NCBI RefSeq assembly: GCF_026571515.1 | Contig: NW_026853051.1 | Location: 1 to 64,000 of the forward strand | Reading direction: 5' to 3' | Source of the DNA: Ruditapes philippinarum | Taxonomy: Eukaryota | DNA length: 64,000 bases | In this document: positions 1 through 10,130 of the stretch, one piece after another | Numbering within the stretch: position 1 is the first letter of the stretch | How the letters are laid out: every line of letters starts with the position of its first letter | The notes under the pieces: generated by a model | Databases searched by the model: none | Told to the model about the DNA's origin: nothing | Seen by the model: the letters and a program-made list of their open reading frames with translations, nothing else | Program-made: the position numbers and the translations under genes

Positions 1-669
1 AATTTTTTCTACATAGTATTTGAATTTTTTGTTAGGTTGTCATTTAAAAGAAACACAAAAAGATCATTATTACTTCAAAACCTTTCTTCAAATAAATATG
101 CGGATTAGTGAATTGTACGGAAGCATGAAATCTGTTTCTCAGCGTTTCCACAGAAATTCCTTTCAAAGTCAATATGATCACAGCAATGTCGAACCGTTGG
201 CGCCGTATGACACTGGTACCACCACTACATTTGGTCAATGACGCTTTGATAACGCTGATTTACTTACACCGTTTTGACCCAAATGGCGACGTGGCTTTTT
301 GGTTATTTGGTCTTAGGTTATACAAGTTTATTACAAGTTTATTTTTACCATTTTGACCTTTGGACATTCACAAACATTATTAAGATCGCCATGACAATAT
401 AAACACATGTATATATATACATTTATGATTAGAAAAACTTATACATCAATATAATATACAAAAATAGAAATGAAATGTTCAATATATTTTTAACTATTTA
501 AACAAATACATAGCTAATAGTGTCACTATTAGTAAACATCGTCTAACCATTAACTTGGGTATTGCTATGAATAAGATATTTAAGTAATTTTTATGTTGCA
601 TTTTATGAAGGTTTTGACACCTACCGAATATTCATAGAAAAATCATTGCGCATTTGTGTGTGTGTTTAA

Positions 670-2795
670 CCCATTACTTCATATACACGCCTTTTAACGC
701 CTTTTTCACCCCCCCCCCCTTTTTGTTGTCTCAAATGATGAAAAAATGCCTTATTTAGGCCCCAAACACTTGTTTTTGTTTGAGAAATGTTGTTAAAAAA
801 GGTGACCTCTTTTTCGGCACGGCCCCCAACCAAAAGATACATCAGGGGGTTGCCAGAAGGGGGATGTGCCCCCTTCTGTTTGGGGGGGGTTGAAGGGGGG
901 CGGAGTCCCCCTCATCGCCAAGAAAATTTTGGACTTGTGAGAGGCTGTAAATGACCCCAGATTGATCATAAGGTAACGTGTAACCAACGCTGAAAAGCAT
1001 TTGACTCTATCTCAATCCATTGAGAAGTTGCAGCACTTTGAAATCAATTTTGATGGAAAAAATCAACGCAAAATAGTGATTTTTGGCAATTTTGAGATGT
1101 CCCCTCGTTGCCATGGTAACAGAAAATTTAAGTCTGAGCATGTTGTTGCAAGGCAATGGTCCAGTCATCATTTGTGCCCATGTTTGATTAGTGTTGAAGC
1201 AGTTTTTATAGTATTATAGCAATTTGAACTTGTAACGGGAGACTTTTCAATGAAAACAGCCATTTTTCACAAAATGCTCATGAAGTAATGGGTTAATGAA
1301 AAAAATAAAAAATCTACAAAACAACAATTTTTCATCAAATTTATATGACAGGCCATGTTTAAACATGAAAAAACGCGATTTAGGGTAATTTCAAGTATTT
1401 TCATCATTTTCTGTTAACCCATTACTTCATATACACGCCTTTTAACGCCTTTTTCACCCCCCCCCTTTTTTGTTGTCTCAAATGATGAAAAAATGCCTTA
1501 TTTAGGCCCAAACACTTGTTTTTGTTTGAGAAATGTTGTTAAAAAAAGTGACCTCTTTTTCGACGCGGCCCCCCAACCAAAAGATACATCAGGGGGTTGC
1601 CAGAAGGGGGATGTGCCCCCTTCTGTTTGGGGGGGGGGGGTTGAAGGGGGGCGGAGTCCCCCTCATCGCCAAGAAAATTTTTGACTTGTGAGAGGCTGTA
1701 AATGACCCCAGATTGATCATAAGGTAACGTGTAACCAACGCTGAAAAGCATTTGACTCTATCTCAATCCATTGAGAAGTTGCAGTACTTTGAAATCAATT
1801 TTGATGGAAAAAATCAACGCAGAATAGTGATTTTTGGCAATTTTGAGATGTCCCCTCGTTGCCATGGTAACAGAAAATTTAAACCTGAGAATGTTGTTAC
1901 AAGGGCAATGGTCCAGTCATCATTTGTGCCAAGTTTGATTAGTGTTGAAGCAGTTTTTATAGTATTATAGCAATTTGAACTTGTAACGGAAGACTTTTCA
2001 ATGAAAACAGCCATTTTTTCACACAAAATGCTCATGAAGTAATGGGTTAATGAAAAAAATAAAAAAATCTACAAAACAACAATTTTTCATCAAATTTATA
2101 TGACAGGCCATGTTTAAAACATGAAAAAACGCGATTTAGGGTAATTTCAAGTATTTTCATCATTTTCTGTTAACCCATTACTTCATATACACGCCTTTTA
2201 ACGCCTTTTTCACCCCCCCTTTTTGTTGTCTCAAATGATGAAAAAATGCCTTATTTAGGCCCCAAACACTTGTTTTTGTTTGAGAAATGTTGTTAAAAAA
2301 AGTGACCTCTTTTTCGGCGCGGCCCCCCAACGAAAAGATACATCAGGGGGTTGCCAGAAGGGGGATGTGCCCCCTTTTGTTTGGGGGGGGGGTTTGAAGG
2401 GGGGCGGAGTCCCCTCATCGCCAAGAAAATTTTGGACTTGTGAGAGGCTGTAAATGACCCCAGATTGATCATAAGGTAACGTGTAACCAACGCTGAAAAG
2501 CATTTGACTCTATCTCAATCCATTGAGAAGTTGCAGCACTTTGAAATCAATTTTGATGGAAAAAATCAACGCAAAATAGTGATTTTTGGCAATTTTGAGA
2601 TGTCCCCTCGTTGCCATGGTAACAGAAAATTTAAGTCTGAGCATGTTGTTGCAAGGGCAATGGTCCAGTCATCATTTGTGCCAAGTTTGATTAGTGTTGA
2701 AGCAGTTTTTATAGTATTATAGCAATTTGAACTTGTAACGGAAGACTTTTCAATGAAAACAGCCATTTTTCACAAAATGCTCATGAAGTAATGGG
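670..2795. mobile_element. Tandem trimer of a ~623-bp piggyBac-type MITE (670-1292, 1418-2046, 2174-2795) separated by a ~117-bp spacer
   Basis: Each unit has perfect 13-bp TIRs CCCATTACTTCAT/ATGAAGTAATGGG flanked by TTAA. The paralogous empty site at 29217-29220 (gtgtgt TTAA atggtaagg) has a single TTAA. No transposase is present. Confidence 0.9.
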
Positions 2796-3148
2796 TTAAA
2801 TGGTAAGGAAGTAAATTATGGTGATAGAAATTGAAAATTGTTTATTATGATTAATGCCATCTGACATTGAATACAGGTTAATCATTACTTATGGGGCAAC
2901 CGCCTATTATGCTAGAACAAATACAAATACATAAACATTTGGTCCAATACAAGAATTTGGGTCTTCTTGCTAAATATTTCGAAATCATTAAAAATATAGA
3001 AACTTGATCGGCGATGTTATCTCACATTGAAAGAGGCATATGTCATAGCTGAAAAACCTTCTTACAAACTATTTAAAATGTTTGACACATAGTTTAACAT
3101 CTTCATACGGAGCTTCCATCACGGTCTGAGACTGGAAATGTTTTTGGG

Positions 3149-3359
3149 GTGCAACGTAAACATAATCCAGGTTATGGGCGCCCTCTGTTTATAGGCCACC
3201 CATCATGTAAGAACACTCCTCCGATAAGCCACAGGGCGTCATCAAAAGAGACTAAAGACAGTGCTGATAATGACTCGTCATTAAGAGACTCGATTCCTGC
3301 AATGACAAAGCCAGTAGCAATTACATGTCTCATGCTGAACATATTACTTCCGGGCTTAG
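3149..3359 (+). CDS. stum: stum/SPEC3-like protein, first visible exon (5' boundary unknown)
   Basis: Translates ...SLRDSIPAMTKPVAITCLMLNILLPGLG, matching the stum-family IP-x-M...LNxxxPGLGT motif. The donor G|GTAAG at 3360 (phase 1) joins in frame to 15034. Confidence 0.8.
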
Positions 3360-4133
3360 GTAAGGTGGTTCATTACATTTTATCACTAATTTTAATACTA
3401 TTACATGTCATGAAGAAAATTTGTTATGTTTCTTATTTCTGGATCCTGTCACCTTGTAGAAAGTAGGAAAACAACTTTTAGTGATAACATTTTTATGTTC
3501 CTTTATTTATTGGCATGTACAATTATATGACAAATGAAAAAAGGATTGGTAATTGATGTTTAAACGATGTTGTATGTAATAACAGCTGTGGCACAACATG
3601 AACAAATATTATTATTATCTCTTCGACAAAGGCGAGGTAAACTTTCAGATAGAATTTACATTGTTTACATTCACGTTAATCATGTATCTGATTGACGGGC
3701 ATTGATCATTAACCTAACCTAAGGTTTCACAAAAATTAATCTTAACAACTGTTTCAGAAATTGATGAAATATGACTTTTATTCAATGTAAACCTACTGAA
3801 ACATAAACATACAATAGTATTCTATTTTTGTAGTTAATGCTTTTTTTTGTTTACCTACACAAAATATAGTATATAACATTCAAAGGAGGAATTACTACGG
3901 GAGCAATGTACATGTTTACAATAACAAACAAATCCTAGGCTAAGCAGATATTTATTTATACTAGATGGTTTAATACAATATAAATGTACAGTAAAAATGT
4001 GTGTTTCATTTGCTAAATTCTGAAATGTTTTGTTAGATATATCGTGTTTGTATTGTGACGATTTTTCAATATTTGTTTTACTTTTTTTGTCTTAGACTTA
4101 TCCGGATTACCAGGGTTCTCTATATGAACTAAT

Positions 4134-4370
4134 TGAGCCGCGTCAGGACAAAACTAATATAATGGGTTTGCGACCAGCATGGATCTTGACCAGCCTGCGC
4201 ATCCGCGCAGTCTCATCAGGATCCATGCTGTTCGCTATCAGTTTCTCTACTTGTTATAGGGTTGGTAAGCGAACAGCATGGATCCTGATCAGATTGCGCG
4301 GATGCGCAGGCTGGTCCGTATCCATGCTGGTCGCAAACCCATTATGTTGGTTTTGTCATGGAGCAGCTCA
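4134..4370. mobile_element. Palindromic (fold-back) MITE, ~237 bp
   Basis: Nearly the whole element is an inverted repeat (tgagccg...gggtttgcgaccagcatggat...atccatgctggtcgcaaaccc...gctca). There is a possible imperfect 6-bp TSD, actaat/actcat. Confidence 0.8.
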
Positions 4371-4592
4371 ACTCATAAACATGATAGCATAAGGTACACT
4401 GAAGTTATTAACACGTTTCTATTAAAACCAGTATGTGATTGTTATAATATCAATAGCAGCTGTTGTACAGACAAAACTACATAGTATCTTAATGTGAGCG
4501 CACGAATTTGCTTTAGGGTGTTAAGTGTAAATATTTCACACAATACGTGCAATAATATATCGGGTTATACATGTATACATAAGATGTGTGAC

Positions 4593-4832
4593 AATATTTG
4601 ATTTATCCGCTAGAGGATTAAATCTTTTATTCAAATCTTACAACTTAACATTTTTATTATAACACCCCAGTAGGGCCTCAAAAAGAGTTGTCAGGGGAGA
4701 CAACCTACACTGGATTATGTCATATATAAGGCAGAAAAAATTCTGGGAACGGTCTTTCATTCGTGGACACCATAGAAGAGGTAGACTAGTTTATCGTTAA
4801 AAAATCTAAATTAAAAAAATCAAATATTGAAT
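4593..4832 (+). repeat. Ngaro split direct repeat A1
   Basis: Identical to 10363-10603 except for a 1-nt indel (caactt/caaactt). Confidence 0.95.
4723..4786 (+). promoter_or_regulatory. Putative core promoter and splice donor inside repeat A
   Basis: TATATAA at 4723-4729, initiator-like TCATTC at 4757-4762 and donor-like GAG|GTAGAC at 4781. All are duplicated in A2. Confidence 0.45.
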
Positions 4833-5519
4833 GAATCAGTATTATTTAATCTCAGAGGAAATTAGATATATTTTATATTCTGTTATTATTTGTTCTATTA
4901 TTTGGGGTTTAAACTTGAACAGATAAGAACTTTGACCAGATTTTATGACCACGTGGGTGATGACCCATGTTTTTCTCGTTAAGGTCAGTAGTCTAAAAAA
5001 TCAATTTGGATGCTTTGATTACACAAAAATATATGTCAAAGTTAATAGGTTTCTTTTGAAATATTAAGTAAATAAATAAAAAATGGGATCTAGATCTAGT
5101 TTAAACCTGTCTATTTATTTGATGTTTGAGCACGTGATCTTTACTTAGAATCTAGATTATTTGATATTATCATTATCTTATGAATGATTAAATAAATGAG
5201 CATAGCTATAAAATGGTTAAAAATACAATATTATTTATATAACTCGATTATGACGGGTCATGTTTTTCCAACGGGAAAATTATCAGTCTCATTGAAATCC
5301 ACGCGCATGACATCATACCTATGACGTCATTTCATCTAGGCTAAGAAAATAAAGATAAGAGTAAATAGAGTCTAAATATATAAAGTATGAAATAAATAAA
5401 ATACATCATGATGAAATAAAAATTTAATAATAATAATTTATTAAAATCTACACAAATTTATTTATTTAATATATTTATTTAGATCTATTTATTTTTTTAT
5501 ATTATTTTATTTTTCGACA

Positions 5520-6463
5520 ATGCCAAACATCGCCAACAACGTGGCCATACACGAGACACGCTCCAACAGCAAGTCAATAATAGGAGGAACACTCGAACGT
5601 CTGTTTCTACAGCCATGCCTCCAGCTGACAGACCTGTAAGGGAGCCCTGTGCAGAAAACGAGATGGATGGCCAATCCGGACCTCCGGTAGATGTTGATCT
5701 TCATCACCTAGAAGCTAATAAAGGTGAAGTTTCCAAAAATTTCATGATAAATACTTGTTCTGGTACAATGCTAGGCGCACATGTAACTGTCAGTACTAAA
5801 GATAAGATATGGAACAATCAATTTGTAGAGTTACACACTTTGTTGCCAAAGAAAAATATGTTAGAAAATAGACAAAAGATTCAACTTGTTGATGGGGAAC
5901 TTATAATGAGTACCCAAGAGCAAATTCCGAAACAAATAGAAAAAATAGAAATTTGGTCAGATGCATTCGTGGTGTACATGAGTATTTTTATTATGAAACA
6001 TCCAGAACAAGCAAATAACCTATTACAATATTTTGCAAACATTCGTTTAGCGGCATCCAGAAATGTCGGATGGTTCGAGTACGATAGGCAATTTAGGCTT
6101 AAAAAATCAATCGATTTGGGTATAAAGTGGCAAAATATTGACCCAGAATTGTGGATGATATATATGCAGCCTATTCAGTCCTTGAGCCAGCCGGCACTTC
6201 TGAATATTTCAAAAAAATGTTATGACTTTAATAACAAAGGCTTTTGTACAAATAGATCATGTACCTACAAACACGTTTGCATCAAATGCTTTGGTAACCA
6301 CCCTTCAATACACTGTTATGCAAATAAACAAACAGCGCAATTCACACCCGCGTCATGTAAGGCCTTCATTACGTTTCAGACCACCCAGATGCAATACCCT
6401 CGACAGGTATTTGGATTGCCAGCTCAAAGAGTGCCTATGGGACCTCGGGTTTTCACCAATTAA
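5520..6463 (+). CDS. Ngaro ORF1 (gag-like) with C-terminal Cys/His zinc-finger cluster
   Basis: The 282-aa ORF 5615-6463 has W..YD.QFR and CYDFNNKGFCTNRSCTYKHVCIKCFGNHPSIHC motifs typical of DIRS/Ngaro ORF1. The frame stays open upstream, and the ATG at 5520 is offset by one missing A in an A-run. Confidence 0.85.
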
Positions 6464-8050
6464 TATCTCGGGTCTCGCTGATAAACTGTTTTCAATACCC
6501 AAATAAGGATGATGCCAATTACATTTTACAAGGCTTTAGTACTGGTTTTAAGCTCGAATATACCGGACCAAGAATCCCTATTTTTTCCAAAAAATCTCAA
6601 ATCGGCATTTGATCAAAATGCTTATTAAATAAAAAGCTTCACGACGAATTTTTACTTGGGCGAATCCTAGGACCGTTCAAAAACCAGCCAATTACTAATT
6701 TTAGAATAAATCCCGTAGGTCTCGTACCAAAACAAAACGGTGGTTTCAGATTAATAACGCACCTTTCATACCCACCAGGCAACAGTATAAATGAATTTAT
6801 CGATCCAGAATTTTTGCCATGTTCAATATTCACAATTCGACAATGCAGTAAGAATAGTTCAAGAAAAGGGGGTTCTGCTTTTATGGCAAAAGCTGACATT
6901 TCTTCTGCATTTAATTTATGCCCTATATGGCCAGGCGATTTTGATTTATTAGGTATAAAAACCGAGGAGGGATATTGGATTCAAAAAATGCTGCCCACAG
7001 GCGCATCATGTTCATGTTTTATTTTTGAAAAATTTTCAAAAGTTTTTACAATGGCTTGTGTCTAAAGAATCAAATCATACTATATTGATCACCTGCTAGA
7101 TGACTTTTTTTATGGCAGAAAAATCTTTTGAAAAATGCTTGAATTTAATGCAAACTTTTGATAAAATTTGCAATGAACTTGGTGTCCCCCTAAGTGTCGA
7201 AAAATGGATGGGACCTGTTACAACTATAACATACCTGGGTCTTGAAATTGATTCAATCAATCAAATGGTGAGGGTGCCTTTAGAAAAAATAAGGAAAGCG
7301 AAAAACTGTCTCGTTTTGTTAAGAAACGCTAAAAGAGATCAGACTCAAAGACTTACAATCAGTCGTTGGTCTACTTAATTTTATATCAAAAGCTATTCCC
7401 AGTGGCCGTGCCTTAATAGACGTTTTTATGACGCCATGTCGTATGTAAAGAAACCGTTCCATTTTATTAGAGTCAACCACGGCATGAAAGAAGATGCGAA
7501 TATTTGGCTAACATTTCTTGAAAAATTCAATAGTTATGTTTATGTTTACAGAAAAAAATTGGGCAGATAACTGCCATTTAGAATTATATACGGACGCATC
7601 TGGCAATAAGAACCTTGGTTGCGGAGCATACTTTCAGGGCAACTGGGTGGCTTTTAAATGGCCAGGCGGTTGGGGACGTTCTACTTTTAAAAATGTTACT
7701 TATTTAGAATTGGTCCCTATTATACTGGCATTTTATACTTGGGGCAAAGAATTAAGAAACAAAAAGATAATGCTAAGGTCCGATAATAATGCATTAGTGG
7801 GAGATCATAAATAAAAAGTCATCAAAAAATAAACTAGTTATGGTACTCATCCGCCATTTCGTACTTTTGCTTTTAACCAATAATATTCAAGTGAAAGCAA
7901 AGGCATATATCGGGGTACAAAATAAAATATGTGACACTATTAGGCCGTTTTCAGTGGCAGAAAGTGGCCAAAGTTCTGACCGGACTACGCTGCATCAGAA
8001 GACCCATGTCCAATCCCAGAGGCATTTCATGCGATCTTCAAATAGAGAAA
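6420..8050 (+). pseudogene. Ngaro ORF2 reverse transcriptase + RNase H (frameshifted in this sequence)
   Basis: Pieced across frames: SPIN...GFSTGFKLEYTGPR, GRILGPF, PVGLVPKQNGGFRLITHLSYP, AKADISSAF, LPTGASCSC, HLLDDF (7090-7107), TYLGLEIDS. RNase H motifs are YTDAS, YLEL and SDNNALV. The ORF overlaps the end of gag. Confidence 0.92.
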
Positions 8051-8926
8051 GAGCGATTAATCAATGCTGCACTTAGTCAAAGTACACATAAAGCCTACCT
8101 TGCCAGGTTTAAAATCATTTGAAGAATTTTTGGCAAAATTGGGACACTCTCAAAACTGGCCGCCAGTTGTACAAGATATAACGGAATATATTGCATTTAC
8201 ATGTCTTTACGTCAATACTCATTTTCAACAGTAGCTGTTCACGTTTCAGCAATAAGTTATTTTAATAAAATAAACAATTTGGTTGACAATACAAAACAAT
8301 TCATAGTCAAAAGTATGCTAGAAGGGTTCCGTAGATTATCGAAAAAGACATGACACAAGACACCCGATAAACAAAATGTACTGATACAGCTTTTATCAGC
8401 CCTACCTAACGCTTGCAGATCACAATATGAGTGTTTAATGTTTTCTGCTGCCTTCTGTCTTGCCTACATAGGTCTGTTAAGAATAAGCGAATTTGCATTG
8501 CCTTCAAAGAAATCAAAAAGGTAGTTTTAAATGTAGATGACGTAACGATCAATCAAAATCTCATCAGACTGTATTTTAGATGTTCAAAAACAGGACCAGA
8601 GATATGTAGGATGTTCTATTTGATATTCGATAACTGACCAAACAAACTCTGTTATGAAAAAACTGAAAGAGTTTTTACATTTTAGAAGGTAAAGGGCAAG
8701 GGCCGTTATTCTGCCATTTCGATGGAAGTCCCTTAACATCCTTTCAATTCAATTCAGTATTAAAAAGGGACTTTGAACTTGATAGGTCAAGAAAAAAATG
8801 AATTTAAAGCACACTCTTTCGAATCGGCGGGGCTTCTTAATATGTTCCGTGAGGGTTGTGCTATCAATGATATAAAATACAGAGGCCGTTGGCGATCTAA
8901 CGCTTACAAATGCCTACATCCGATAA
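8035..8926 (+). pseudogene. Ngaro ORF3 tyrosine recombinase (frameshifted in this sequence)
   Basis: LINAALSQSTHKAY, AFCLAYIGLLRISEF (catalytic R), SKT(D) (K), LFCHFDGSPLT, AHSF(R)IG (HxxR) and GRWRSNAYKC-YIR (W, Y), with a stop at 8924-8926. Confidence 0.92.
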
Positions 8927-9127
8927 GAGTTTATGGTATTTCAAAAAAAACTTATTTTTTTAGGATCTGCCAAAATGGCTGTAATGTGAATGCCGGCGAT
9001 CCGAAATTTGGCTATTAAAATAAAATATGTATTTGTATTAAGAAAAACCGTTACCGGGTCTTAATACACATTAATGTATCAAATAGAGCAATTAATGCTG
9101 TTGTAATAAAAAGATGTTGTATATATT

Positions 9128-9382
9128 GCATTATGTGCCTGGCATTATGTGCCTGATATTGTGTTTTTTAAATGTGTTAATGAATAACAAGCAGTTGGCA
9201 TTATGTGCCCGACATTATGTGTCTTTAATGATTTATAACACCCAGTTGGCATTATGTGGCCTGACATTATGTGTCTTTAACAATTATAACACCCAGTTGG
9301 CATTATGTGCCTGACATTATGTGTCTTTAAAAAATTTATAAACTGTTACCACATAGTTTGACATTATGTGCCTGACATGTGT
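9128..9382 (+). repeat. Tandem repeat inside Ngaro between the YR and hydrolase ORFs
   Basis: Repeated cattatgtgcctg(a/g) 14-mers nested in ~55-60-bp units (cagttggcattatgtgcctgacattatgtgtctttaa...ataacac). Confidence 0.85.
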
Positions 9383-9475
9383 TTTTTGAATAACATTACT
9401 TGATTATTTATTTATATTAAATGGATAGGTACACAATACTGAATATATAATCAAACTTATTTCAGACTGTGTAAA

Positions 9476-10053
9476 ATGTCGGATGTTTGGATTATAGGCT
9501 CTTCAATTATTAGGGATGCCTTTCAAACAGCATGTCGCAGAAGTGAAGGTGCTCACTTGGGACTTCAATCTCTAGGTTATAATGTTATATGGGAATATCA
9601 GGGGGGCATGAAAGTTTCTGATTTAAAACCTTCGATAGAATACTTGCTTGAGTTTAAAAATGCGCCTAAATTTTTGATAATACACTGTGGCGGGGAAAGA
9701 TTTAGGAAATCGACCTTCAGTTGAAATCATATGGGACATCAAAAACTTTATAACAGGGACTTTGCTTGAAAAAAATGCCTGATACGAAAATAATTTGGTC
9801 TCAGATATTACCCAAGAAGGTCATGGAGATATATCCAATGTAACAAACTGCAAATAAAACCCGCATGCGTATAAATAGTTGTATCAGTACATTTGTTATT
9901 AAACTCGGGGTTATTATATTCGTTACCCTGATATTACGGAGAACCCTAGGTTGTATAGGCTGGATGGCACACATCTGTCGGACTTTGGTAACCACATTTT
10001 ATTTGAATACAATATCGGGTGCTCTCCACACATTCACGTCCATGGCTGGGTAG
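9476..10053 (+). pseudogene. Ngaro ORF4 SGNH/GDSL-type hydrolase (frameshifted in this sequence)
   Basis: VWIIGSSII (block I), QGGM (II), LIIHCGG-xDLG (III), IIWSQILPR and DGTHLS (V, DxxH). It is preceded by the acceptor-like cttatttcag at 9456-9465. Confidence 0.85.
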
Positions 10054-10130
10054 GGCAAAATTGTTGCTGTGGTAGCCCGCTTTGGCGGAAGCCCACAGTC
10101 AAATGTTTCACTTTGCTTGTGGGCTTTTTG

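Noticed and set aside
793-2766. Repeated 64-82 aa ORFs (MTLSQSIEKLQ..., MVTRYLMINLG...)
   Set aside because: They are chance frames within the non-coding MITE units, recurring only because the MITE is repeated and changing with homopolymer length.
4162-4484. ORFs MGLRPAWIL... / MDPDQIARMRR...
   Set aside because: Translations of a palindromic MITE, not genes.
9128-9382. CRISPR-like appearance next to RT and recombinase genes
   Set aside because: The intervening sequences are themselves repeated rather than unique spacers, no cas genes are present, and the context is eukaryotic.
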